Assembly: GCF_001194135.2 (NCBI RefSeq) | Contig: NC_068981.1 | Span: 19,957,180 to 20,021,179 of the forward strand | Reading direction: 5' to 3' | DNA from: Octopus bimaculoides | Lineage: Eukaryota | DNA: 64,000 nt | Shown here: positions 12,576 through 24,665 of the stretch, piece after piece | Layout of the letters: every line of letters starts with the position of its first letter | How positions within the stretch are numbered: position 1 is the stretch's first letter | Position numbers and translations under genes: made by a program | Notes under the pieces: model-generated | What the model was told of the DNA's origin: nothing | The model's input: only the letters and a program-made list of their open reading frames with translations | Databases searched by the model: none

Positions 12576-12762
12576 AACCTGTAGCTCTCACTTATTTGTC
12601 CTTGTAACTCTCTCTCTCTCTCTCTCTCTCACTCACTCACTCTCTGATATGGTGCTCTTTATCTTTATCTTTGTGTAATGCCCATAACTTTCAGGGTATT
12701 AGTCACATTCAAATTCAGTTTCCTCTATCTCCCAACCTCATTTTCTCTGTCTCTCTTGTCAT

Positions 12763-12793
<31 letters not shown>

Positions 12794-12960
12794 TGTCATT
12801 CTCCTTATTCTCTCTCTCTCTATTTTAGTTCTTTCTCTCTGTTCTCTCACCAACTCACTTTCAAAACTTTTATTTTTCTTATCTGATCCCTGTCTAATTT
12901 TCTCCTGTCTGCCCTCTCTAAATGCCTTAATCATCCTCACTATTTACTAAAACAATCTCC
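12265..12960. repeat. (CT)n-rich polypyrimidine tract
   Basis: About 700 bp of CT runs with interspersed CTAACTCCCTAG units. Confidence 0.9.
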
Positions 12961-13437
12961 TTTAATTTTCCATAACCTTCATTCGCTAACCCCTCTAGTT
13001 ACCATTTCCCTTCCCCCACTAGCCTATCATTCCAACCACAATTTTTGTGATAATATTTTACAATGTACATGGATATTGAGAATATCAAACATTCTAAGCA
13101 TCAGTTTCAGACAGAAAAGTCTAATAGCCTCACTGCCAACACTTAAGCAATGTATCTATGGTTTGTCAAGTAATAATATTATTTATTATACTGCAGTCCA
13201 TTTTAATTTTGGTGTTGTGGAGGATATTCTTCTACTACTTTCACTCCACTGTCTTCTTTCCCCATTATAATTCATCTCCCTTTTAGGGCTAACAGAATAC
13301 ATTAATTGCCAAATAGATATGTAGTTTGAATACTATTACTAAGGATTATTGCACTTTTCTATTGAAAATTACACTGCTTTTCTATCTTGTATATTTTATG
13401 TCACATTTGATGAACAATAGCCTTGTTCATTAAACAG

Positions 13438-13511
13438 ATTTTGGTGGGCCGATCAGTGGATCACTGCATTTACAATAACAAGTGTGACAAGGAAATACCT
13501 GTGCATTGTAG
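13438..13511 (+). CDS. candidate exon E4 (ILVGRSVDHCIYNNKCDKEIPVHC)
   Basis: cattaaacag| acceptor, phase 0 frame open; donor AG|gtggag (an alternative gtaggt donor would end the exon at 13507). Confidence 0.45.
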
Positions 13512-13667
13512 GTGGAGAAATATCACAGGATATTTTTGTTTAAAATTACTAGTTTCTTAGGCCACTGATGTTTGCATTTTTAGCTGATATACTTTAGTAT
13601 AAGATATACTCATACACGTATGTACATATATATGTGTATATATCTATATGTATCTATATCTATATAT

Positions 13668-13698
<31 letters not shown>

Positions 13699-14178
13699 NN
13701 NNNNNNNNNNNNNNNNNNNNNNNNNNNNNNNNNNNNNNNNNNNNNNNNNNNNNNNNNNNNNNNNNNNNNNNNNNNNNNNNNNNNNNNNNNNNNNNNNNNN
13801 NNNNNNNNNNNNNNNNNNNNNNNNNNNNNNNNNNNNNNNNNNNNNNNNNNNNNNNNNNNNNNNNNNNNNNNNNNNNNNNNNNNNNNNNNNNNNNNNNNNN
13901 NNNNNNNNNNNNNNNNNNNNNNNNNNNNNNNNNNNNNNNNNNNNNNNNNNNNNNNNNNNNNNNNNNNNNNNNNNNNNNNNNNNNNNNNNNNNNNNNNNNN
14001 NNNNNNNNNNNNNNNNNNNNNNNNNNNNNNNNNNNNNNNNNNNNNNNNNNNNNNNNNNNNNNNNNNNNNNNNNNNNNNNNNNNNNNNNNNNNNNNNNNNN
14101 NNNNNNNNNNNNNNNNNNNNNNNNNNNNNNNNNNNNNNNNNNNNNNNNNNNNNNNNNNNNNNNNNNNNNNNNNNNNNN
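13699..14178. other. assembly gap (N) inside (TA)n
   Basis: 480 N. Confidence 1.
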
Positions 14179-14194
14179 ATATATATATATATAA

Positions 14195-14395
14195 TCATCA
14201 TTTAACATGTGCCATCCATGCTGGCATTAGTGAGATAGTTTAACAAGAGTTGGCCAAGCACAAGCCTCAGGCGAGGTCAGTTTTGGCAAGGCTTTTATGG
14301 CTGGATGCCCTTCCAAATGCCAACCACTTTACAGTGTGGACTGGGTGCTTTTAAGTGGCACCTGCACTGACAGGGTCATTAAGTACTTGCAAGAC
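14195..14395 (-). mobile_element. fragment of the repeat family carrying the RTE-type (GAT)n tail
   Basis: catcatttaac..ccatgctggcat and TTTTATGGCTGGATGCCCTTCCAAATGCCAACCAC, shared with 34780 and 47257. Confidence 0.7.
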
Positions 14396-14569
14396 AAACT
14401 ATATATATATGAGAATTAAAGGTAATCACAAGTTTATATTTACAGTTCCTGTGTGCATTTCACCATAGTTGCTTGGATTCCCACAACAGATCATCATCAG
14501 AGAAATTTTATTGCATTAAGTTACAGATAACTATGTGTATGCACACACATGTACACACACATGCACAGA

Positions 14570-14695
14570 ACAGACTTCTGTACAGTTTCTATGTAGAAAA
14601 AAATTTCACTTGCCAAAATTGGTATGCAGTGAGATTGATCTCAGAATGATGTAGTTGCAAGCAGAACTTCTTAACCACACGGCTACACCTGCTTC
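14570..14695 (-). mobile_element. degenerate tRNA-derived SINE 5' part
   Basis: aacttcttaaccacacggctacacctgc head signature, as in other copies. Confidence 0.6.
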
Positions 14696-15420
14696 CATGC
14701 ATGCTTACAACATATATAATAATCTTAACAGTAAATGTCATAATTTACATATTGATATTCTGAAATAGTTCTAGAATAAACCAGTTTCTATTGTCAGAAT
14801 GATATAAATATAATACCACAGTTTGGAGTTAATTGCATCTCTAACATATTATATTCTTCAGTTTTGTTTTTTTTTTTGTGGGTTTTTTTTTTGGTTTTTT
14901 TTTCTCCAAGATTATTATTCCTTGTTTATTGTTCAGCACTGTCTTTTTCTTTTTTTAGCCATTTCCTCTATACTCTATAACATTAAAGATCTGACACCAT
15001 TTACGTAGCTCTAAGTGTGATTGCCAATGTTATTGTTGTTGCAGTTGTAACTGTTGTGATTGTTGTTATTGTGATTATTGCAGTTGTTGTTGATGTTGTT
15101 GTTTTTTAGTGTAGTCTAAATAGATACAGGAAATCCAGTTAAAGCATTAAATTAATCTTAGTGTCGTAACACTAAGACAAATTAAATTGCGTGTGAAGGA
15201 GGTAAAATGTCTCGCTCAATAAACTTTCCTTATGGAGGTGATTCTACTATTTATTTGTGATATATAGATGCCTCTTAACTGGTTCTGTCTTCATAATAGA
15301 CTCAAGAGACTGTTGACCAAAACAATAATACTTCGATGGTCTCCATCAATGAAGTTTATTGCCTCAACTACTTTCCTTATACATCCGGACATTCACTATA
15401 CATCTGTCTATGAAATCAGG

Positions 15421-15421
<1 letters not shown>

Positions 15422-15500
<79 letters not shown>

Positions 15501-15510
15501 GTGTATGTGC

Positions 15511-15552
<42 letters not shown>
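15422..15552. repeat. (GT)n microsatellite with GC interruptions
   Basis: About 130 bp of alternating purine-pyrimidine sequence. Confidence 0.95.
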
Positions 15553-15555
<3 letters not shown>

Positions 15556-16389
15556 CGTAGATATATATGCATGGATGCGTGTGTGTACATGTATGCATGT
15601 TTAAGCATATATATATACATATCTATCTATATGTAAGTGCATATATATGTTTCTGTGTACATATATTTATGGAGAAAGAGAGAGAGAGAGGCAGAGAAAT
15701 ATGTGTGCATACATCTTTTACTGGCTTCAGTAATTGAACTATGGCCATTCTAGGGCATCACCTTCAATGGCTTTTAACTGATTATGTCAACCCCATATTT
15801 TGTCGAGAACTAATTTCAGCTTTCTCATTAAACACAAAATGCAAAGTGAACATTGGCTTAATGGAAGATAATTCTGTTGAGCTTGAATACCCTAGGGTAT
15901 ATAAATAAAACTGTGTATATACATATGAGAAATGTTCCCCTATCCACTGACACATATAACTGTACACATAGATGTTCAGTTTTTCCCTGTATAAGTATAG
16001 GTATATACGTTTATTGTGTAAGTATATCTATATATTGTTTGTTTGTATCCATACCACATGGAGCACCCTACAATGCAACAGACGGTTTTTGATCAAACGA
16101 CAGAGAAATAATTTATAATAAAATCCCCTGAATTGTAAGAGCTTCTTTTTGGTCATAAAAATATGGCAATCAATATATCTAATATAGAAATTTTGAAACT
16201 TCTAGTATGTTGCAACCCACTAAGATTTTCTGAATATTTTCTTAATATATTCTTTACTGTAAATAACATTGAGTACTTACTATTTTTGTTCATACTAACA
16301 ACACCACATATCAATTTGTCTATCTATCTTCTCCACCCACTATTCTTAAGAAGGTCTTCACACACCTTCTCTATCATGTTCTCTTAAAA

Positions 16390-16950
16390 GCATCTCTTTC
16401 CAGCTGGATTCTCAAGCATGACCAATTGAGACTGAATATTATCCAACCATCTTATTCTTGGTCTTCCCCTAGGTTTACTTCTTGTTGCTCAAGTTTGAAA
16501 AATCTGTCTTGTGATTCTTTTCTGTGACATTCTAATCACATCTCTATAGTACTGTTAGTGTGAGGTCTCAGTGCAGAGAAGTAGCAGCTCAGCCAGAAGA
16601 GACCCCCTGATCTCTGAGCTACACATTCTATCAAGTAACGTTACTCTAGAGATCCTTCAGAAGAACCCCATTTCAACCACTTGTATTCACACTCATACTT
16701 TTTTGGTCATTACCTAACATCCATGACTATAGGTGAGAATAGGCACAGAAACCAAACTGAAAATAGCAAGTTTGGCTTTTTTTTAACCCTCTCCTCTTCT
16801 GAGGATTGAATGCCAGAGGTGGTGCATTTCTGTACCAACACCTGCAATTCTTAGTTTCCAATTCAGGCATCAGCTTCCTATTTCTTGAATATGGTTCTGA
16901 GATAACTTAAACTTCTTCACTAATGGTCAGTGATGCAAATACAAAAGAAA
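16390..16950 (-). mobile_element. RTE-clade LINE fragment (Expander/Rex3-like), degenerate
   Basis: Minus-strand KKAKLAIFSLVSVPILTYSHG, IQVVEMGFF*RISRVTLLDR and KPRGRPRIRWLD match the RTE RT C-terminal region; several stops. Confidence 0.8.
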
Positions 16951-17496
16951 ATTGATAAAACATGAAATTAAATCATAGTCACTAGTTTTCAGACATACGC
17001 TGGAACTGGAGAACATCAGCTTTTGTTCACCAGCTTTCACTCACCAAGCATTAGTCAACCCAAAGCTATAGCAGAAGAAATAAGACTTGCTCACATTGAT
17101 GTGTAAGAGGATCAAAAATGGAACCACATGCTTGTGAAGTGAAGTTTTCAAGCACACAGCTACACATGTACCTCTCTCTTTCTTTCTCTTTCTATATATG
17201 TATGCATGTATGTATGCTACTGTTCAGTTTTATTTCAAAACTTCTTGCTAATAGAGAAAGAACTGGTTTCTAACCTTACTCAAGGCTCCTTCATTGGAAT
17301 TTCAACATCAACAATAGGGTATTTTTGTTTGTATGCATGTATATGTGCAGATTTGTGTTTTGCTTTATGTATGTACTCTTATGCATATAGTTACATATCT
17401 AGACATGCTCATATATATTTAAATGATAAACTTCTGGAAAGTTTTACAGATTTTTACAGTTCCAGTGATGGATTGGATTTGTAGTTTTTGAATCAG

Positions 17497-17585
17497 CTTT
17501 CTTCTTTCTGGTTTTGAGAAGCCTAGTTTCTCAAGATTGGTATTTAGGAAGTGTGTTACATATCCCAGGGCCCTAATAATTACAG
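17497..17585 (+). CDS. candidate exon E5 (FLLSGFEKPSFSRLVFRKCVTYPRALIIT)
   Basis: tttttgaatcag| acceptor, CAG|gtataa donor, 89 nt, phase 2 to 1, fits after E4. Confidence 0.45.
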
Positions 17586-17914
17586 GTATAAACCTGAACT
17601 TGTAAGCTAGATAGAGTAACTGCATATTTCTCAATAGTTCAGCATAGGTGTGCTCTTTTTAACTGATCTTCAGTTTTATGTTAACATCTGCTGGGCAGCT
17701 AATTTCCACAACTGTGAACAGTTTCTTTTCTCTATCCCAGATCATTATATCAAGTCTGTTGTGCTTACATTTTATTGATGTCTTCACTGGGACATTCCAC
17801 CAGTACTCCTTTTTATTATGAGTGACTATGGCTTCTTATGTATGTATGTATGTATGTATGTATGTATGTATGTATGTATGTATGCATGCATGTATATGTA
17901 TGTGTACTATTTGC

Positions 17915-18508
17915 TGTGTACCAACATAGCTCCTTTACTTATGTGAGATATGGACCCTTCACAAATGTCATGTAAAGGTCCTTGAATGCTTCCATCAGAG
18001 ATGTCTGAGACACATTCTGAATGTTGGCTGGACTTTAAAAACTCCAGACACACAGGTCTTGAGGAAAGCTGATATCTTGAGTATTAAGGTGATGGTGCAC
18101 AAACACAGGTTACATTGGACTGTACACCTTATTAGAATGAAGGATAGCAAGTTCCCTAGACAGATGCTATATAGGGAACTTGTTAGTGGAAAGAGACCCC
18201 GGCAGAAACCAAGGCTGCAGTTTAAGGACTGTGTCAAGTCCTCATTAAAGGCCTGTGATATGCAGGAAACCAATTGGGAGAGTGATGCCTGTCATTACCA
18301 CAGATGGAGGAAGCAGGTTAAGGAGGGAGAGGGGGTTGACATCTTTGAAAAAGCACGTATTCTTCATGAAGAATTTAAATGTGCTGCTCAAAAGCACACT
18401 GCTAGCGTAGTAAATGGGGAAAGCTTAGTTTGCAATGTTTGCAGTCATGTATGCTTGTCAAGAGCAGGGCTTTTTAGCCACCAACAGAGCCGCAAAGGCA
18501 AAATGTAA
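17915..18508 (+). mobile_element. RTE-clade LINE 3' fragment with C-terminal zinc-finger-like motif
   Basis: LLYLCEIWTLHKCHVKVLECFHQRCLRHIL, RLHWTVHLIRMKDSKFPRQMLYREL..GKRPRQKPRLQFKD, CNVCSHVCLSRAGLFSH; 192 stop-free codons from 17930. Confidence 0.9.
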
Positions 18509-18616
18509 GTTAGTCCTAGCACATTGATTTAGTGTCTGTTACTGATGAAGCATAACCATGCAGAAATGCATGTCTGATGAAGGCATTCATATCCCAAGCT
18601 TAGTGTGATATATGAT

Positions 18617-18793
18617 ATTATATAATATAATCTAATATAATATAATATAATATAATATAATATAATATAATATAATATATTATAATGGTTGAATTGGTGT
18701 CAATGTTTGTAACAAATTCTAGTGGTTGTGAAAACTCTTAAGTTCACTTTATTTAATGTATTATTGAAAAATATGTCATACACATACATAAAC

Positions 18794-18874
<81 letters not shown>
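18617..18874. repeat. (ATAAT)n pentamer run and (GTA)27
   Basis: ATAAT at about 18617-18685; GTA at 18794-18874. Confidence 0.9.
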
Positions 18875-19774
18875 AGCTGCAGCAGTAGTAGTAGTAAGCT
18901 GCAACATCCTCAACAACTTCAAGAAGGACAGTATCAAACAGCTGAAACAACACTAGCAACCAATATATATATGACAATATGAAAGAAAACTATTGAAATC
19001 TCTTATATAAATAAAATTGTATTACATAAAACATTGATAACTGAATATTTTAATTATAATTCTTGTATTTAGAAGGAATGCATTGAAAATATTTGGGTTG
19101 TATAGATTTCATTTCTATCAATTTTTTATTATCAAACTGTATTTATATGTATTAGGTTTTCAAAATATTGCTTCCACCATTCTAGTTTATGTCTCAACCA
19201 ATATCAAATAGTCCCACTCTGAAAGAACTTATTGTCTTACAATCAATTTTAGTCATAATGATTTATGGTTGCCACTGTAGTATCGCATTACTATTCTTCT
19301 TTCAGTCTTTGGACAATTTTATTGTCTATGCTGCATTGTAGGCTAGCAGTTTCCCTACTAAATATAGATGTAGCTGTTAGCTATTGTAGTATAGAGATCT
19401 ACAATATCATACTCAGATAGATGTGCTTATGTGCATCTACATATCTTATTTTATAGGCCTACTCTGCATTGTGTCGAGTGATGTACCTGTAGATGTATCT
19501 TATATCATAGAAATGCATTGTCTAATATAGATAGATGTATTTTGTAAATAGAAAATATATTCTATATTGAAGACCTTAAGAGTATGTTATGTACATAGAA
19601 ATACTTGTTAGATATAGTATATTGTGGACCTTCATTATCTTTATATAGGTGTACCTATTAGATATATTTTGTAATACAGTGTCCTATGTAGAGATATCAC
19701 ATATCAGGTACTGTTTGTAGACCTGCATTGTTTCATATAAATAGATCTACTAGCTAAGTATATATATTTTATCT

Positions 19775-20155
19775 TTTACAAGTTTCAGTCATTAGACTGC
19801 AGCCATGATAGGACACTGCCTTGAAAAATTTTTAGTCAAATGAGTTGACCCCAGTACATTTTTTTTTAAGCCTGGTGCTTATTTTATCAATCACTCTTGC
19901 TGAACCACTAAGTAAAAATACTAACACTGCTTGTCAAGTGGTGAGGGGTGGACAAAAACAGACACAAAGATGTACACACATAAACACATATATGACAGGC
20001 TTCTTTCAGTTTTCATCTACCAAATCCACTCACAAGGCTTTGATCAGCCTAAGGCTATAGTAGAAGACACTTGCCCAGGTGCCTCACAGTGGGACTAAAC
20101 CTGGAACTATGTGATTGGGAAGCAAGCTTCTTACCACATAGCCATGCCTACACCT
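19775..20155 (-). mobile_element. full-length-like tRNA-derived SINE
   Basis: Head at 20155, TAGTAGAAGACACTTGCCCAGGTGCC block, internal CA tract and conserved 3' part. Confidence 0.85.
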
Positions 20156-21719
20156 ATATATATATATATATATATACACACACATATGCATACATACATA
20201 CTTTATTTATCATGTATTGTAGCCTACAGTGTCTCAGATAGAGAGATGTGCCTATTAGATATATGTTCAGTTTTATAAAGCCAAGGAAAGTAGAATGGCA
20301 GGATTATGAGAGTGTGGTTCTGTTGCTCTTTTCCTTTTTTTTTTTTTTTCCATTTTTTGGGTGTTGGGTGGGAAGACTTCTTTCATGGTATCACAATATT
20401 AATTAGATTTGAATTTTCTGAAAGTGCTCAGTGGGTTGCGAGCAGTTACATGCATTTAGATTTACAAATTGAGGGAAAAAATACAATCAACACATCTATC
20501 AGAGTTTATTTATTTGTTTGAAAATGCTGATTCACTCTGTTGCTACTCTGAGATTCTTATCACATATGATCCTTAATTTATTTTGTCACCTGAAGAATTG
20601 TACATAGCAAGACACTCTGAGAGGTGATTTAGCAAGTAAATGCCTTTAAGTAAATGCATATATGACAATGGTACACACACACACACACAAACGTACACAT
20701 TATATACATATATATATATATTTATATACACACATACACACACACAAGCACTTGCTCTATACATTCACAGCATGCATAGCATACATAGTTTTCAACTTCA
20801 GTAATGAAGTTTCATAATACAGACACTCACACACATAAATATAAGTATTCTTTATAAAGCACTTCAATCAAGTTCTTGAATCTGAAGAACTAAGAATTCC
20901 TTTCTAAAATTGCAATTCAATTCTTTAATTGAAAGTTTGATTATTTAGAGTCAGGAATTGCGGAAGAAAACAGGCAGAACTAACAAGATTTCCCATGGAA
21001 CTCCCTGTTATTTCTAATGTCTTCAGTTCTTTCTTTATTTTAGACATGATCAATTTAAGAAATTAATAATTCTATTGAATTAATTAATTTTTGAGAGAAA
21101 AAGGAACACATATTTTTTGTTTTGTCATTTATTTATTTTTTTTATTTTGTCAAAGGAACTGGAATAATTAATTGATAAATAAACACATGTAGACAGATTT
21201 GCACTCATACACTATACATGCATTCACACACGCACATTTTCTATCTCTGTCTCTCTCACTCTCTATCTCTCCCCCACCCCACATCTTTCTCAGACCTCCT
21301 ATACACATCTGTGAACACTGAAGCAGAAATTTACCAAATATAACATTACATACACACGTTAACAGTCCTGTCACCATTTTAGAATGACTTATACAAATAT
21401 AATAAATCACACAACCCCCCACCCCATATCATAAGTTTATAATGGATCTTCCTTTGGTGATTCAACCTGCTAGAAATAGTGACCAGATCTCTCACAAATT
21501 ACACCCTGCTGTCTTAAAACAAGAAGGACACACAAAATAATGTAGTCCTAGAAACACTGGCTAAAAAGTAAGATAGTCACAGCTAGCCTTTACTTATCAG
21601 TTACCAATTACATACATATAGAAAGGACTTTACATTACAGCTTATATATACATCCATAACTATTACTCACAAACAAGTATTACCAGGTAGTATGAACCAT
21701 GATTTGACTAATTGTTTTA

Positions 21720-22150
21720 GGTACCTATGAAGGTGTCGCAAGATGTAGATACTCTTTCAGCCTTCCCACTCTTGATCCAGTGAAACATAGAGGATATACT
21801 TTCAGTTGAATAGACAGAAGTAATATGAAATGGAGTGCCTTGCTGAAGTACATTACCAGGTCCAGGAATTGATCCCATAACCTGATGATTGAAAATTTAG
21901 CCCTTTAGCGTTCATATTACTCTGTAAGATATAATTCTTATTTATTTACATTGTTTTGATTTAAGTTGCATTATCTCATAGCTTTGAGATTTTGATGATG
22001 TGATTGTTTATTTTTAGAATGACATTGCTGGATAAGTTTGAGAGGTCAGATCTCGCTGTTCTGAACATAAAATAGGCAGAATTTTTTGATTGGATATGAC
22101 CAGTTTAAAAGCTGAAGGGTCAACGCACTAATCTCTATGCCTGTGCCTCT
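21720..22150 (-). mobile_element. degenerate SINE interrupted by a MITE
   Basis: Minus-strand head GGCACAGGCATAGAG.. and GGGATCAATTCC B-box lie on either side of the insert at 21901-22119. Confidence 0.55.
21901..22119. mobile_element. piggyBac-like MITE, 219 bp
   Basis: Ends CCCTTTAGCGTT and AAAGCTGAAGGG, flanked by TTAG/TCAA (decayed TTAA); no coding capacity. Confidence 0.7.
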
Positions 22151-22355
22151 GCTTACACATGCGTACATGTATGGAAAAAATTGCAAAGTTACTGAAATTA
22201 TGAAAAACTAGTAATAGCACCTTACATACACTAACATATTTGAATACACATACATGCAATGATCTTTATACAACAGCTTACACATACATACATACATGAT
22301 TGCATATACACATACAAGCAAGCATACATACATGTGCAAGGTATGTTATGGAAGC

Positions 22356-22545
22356 AGTTGTCACATACATAGATATATGAACAACCTTACATGGATTTTC
22401 ACATACATGACTGAAGAGTCTTACACAGAAGATTTACACACACATAAATATATGAAGAATTTTCACAGCATTTTAGACATACATAGATTAAGATGAATTT
22501 TACATAGCAATTTAATTTACACATACATAGATGAACAAATGTGTA
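22356..22545. repeat. degenerate minisatellite, unit about 38-40 bp
   Basis: About 5 units of TTT(T)CACATACATAGATATATGAAGAATTTTACACAGCA-like sequence. Confidence 0.55.
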
Positions 22546-24499
22546 TAGATGTAAGAAATGTGTTGATTAAAGAGACAATAATTTGTGTACCCAAGTAGAA
22601 ATAGTGAAATATAAAATTCTAAAGCGAATCTGTTCAGCTCATTATTAGCCACAAACATCTGTGTGAAGAGCTCTATCTCTCTTTTCCCTCTCTCTTTCTT
22701 TCCCTCCTCCCTTCCTCCCTCTTTCCTTCTCTTAGTCTCTGAAGAGTTCTCCCTTTCTTTGAAACTTCTGAAGAACTTCTTCTCATTATATGCGTGTTCC
22801 CTTCGGAGAATATTTCTATTGAAACAATAGAATTCCTGTAAACTAGCTGCATGTAAACATCAGTAATTTCAGGTACACATTGTACCGTTAGGACTGTTTT
22901 ACACACACACACACATACACACACACATACACACACACACACATATGCATACATATGCCTACATATACATCATACATACTCAAGCATTCATAACCTTGCA
23001 CACATATGCGTATATCCATACATATACACATATAAACACACACAGTAGTCTGATGTTTATGTTTTCCATTAAGTTCAACTAGCATCATTAGTGTCATTAT
23101 TCAACTCTCTTTCTTTCTCTCTCTCTTTCTCTTTCTCTCCCTCTCCTTTCCTCTGCATATATGCCTGTATGTGTGCATACACTAATCATGAACCATCAGA
23201 AAATATATCACCATACACCATCTTCCACAAGAATAAACCAACCCTTTAGAATTCTGTCTTAACCCTTAAATATAATTTTACACTAAAAATTTCCCCAGTT
23301 AAAATCTATTAGTTATTTTTCTCTCTTTGATTGCTGTACCATATGTACCATTGACTACCACATGAATAGCATCAAGATGACTTTTACATAAGCTACCAGT
23401 CTTGTCTGCACAGACTAAAAGGAGAGAGCTTCTATATGATCATTAGACCATGTAGAGATTTTACTGCTTGGAACAGCTGTTAAATCTCTATCAAACCACT
23501 ACCATCTTAAAATCAGAATACATAGGTTGGGTATACTTGGGTATACTTTTCCAGGATTGTTCTGCTTAAAGATTGACTTGGAACTGAACTTACATTCAGG
23601 CATGTCTGTGTAGCTAAGAAGTTCATATTGTAACCATATGGTTTCAGATTTAATCCCATTGCACAGTACCTTGGGCAACTGTCTTCTACCATAACTTAAG
23701 ATAAGCGATACTGTATGGAAAAGTTGATGTAAAATGATGACGATGATGATGTTATATATCTTACTTGAAAAACAGGTATGGGTAAGCGACAGGAAGAGCA
23801 TCCATCCATATAATCCTGCCTCAGAAAACTCTCTGTCAAAACCCATGCAAGCATAGAAATAAAGACATCAAACAGGTCACTTGTCATATTTATTCTGCCT
23901 GGGTTGCATAGACACTCCCTGTCACCATTATAAATGAAGTGAAGCAATAATTGGCTTGTTGCAAACCTATAACCAACGCTGTTATTGTTCACAAAATATA
24001 ATATAAAATAGATTTAAAACAACAGCCTTATCTGTGTCGTGCACTATGTTGTTACTTGAAAAAGCAATTCTCCATATAATTTAAATGTCCATTCTCTGAT
24101 CAAGGATTTACTACTTTTTCTTTGTAGTTTTATAATTATGTTCTGTTGCTTAAAACATACACATTGAGTTATTCCTTGGAGTTTACCTACATTACTTTGT
24201 AAATACATCACAACATTAATATGGCTTCTCAGACTTTTGTCTCAAATCAATGAAGTTAGATAGCGAGGTTTTATTGTTGTAAGAATTACTTAAAATATAG
24301 TCTAGCACGAGGTTGAGTAATTTAGTTGAGGAAAGATGCTATTCTCCAGTATACATTGATTCAAGTGTACTGGACTGAAGATTCATGGTGTTTTTCTTAT
24401 TTCTGGTTTAGCCAGATGTGAAAAGTCAGTGTCTATGACTTTTGCAGGTCCTCTGAGATTGGTGGGAGAAAACAAGAAATCACAACTTATAGCTGCATA

Positions 24500-24665
24500 C
24501 CAACAAACTTCCTCTCAGTTTCCTTCAACTCAGTTTCATTTACAAGGCTTAGGCTGACCTAAGATTAGCAAAAGAAGCTTTTGGTTATGGTGCCATGCAA
24601 TGGGATTGATCTTAGAATCAGTTAATTGTGATGTAAACTTCTTAACTGCACAACCATGCTTGCTT
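24500..24665 (-). mobile_element. degenerate tRNA-derived SINE 5' part
   Basis: caaggcttaggctgacc..gggattgatc..aaacttcttaac..accatgc signature. Confidence 0.65.

Noticed and set aside
10040-14243. Long ORFs of 180-396 aa in the track (also near 35495, 41186 and 44363)
   Set aside because: They consist of X residues from N-gaps plus dinucleotide-repeat translations.
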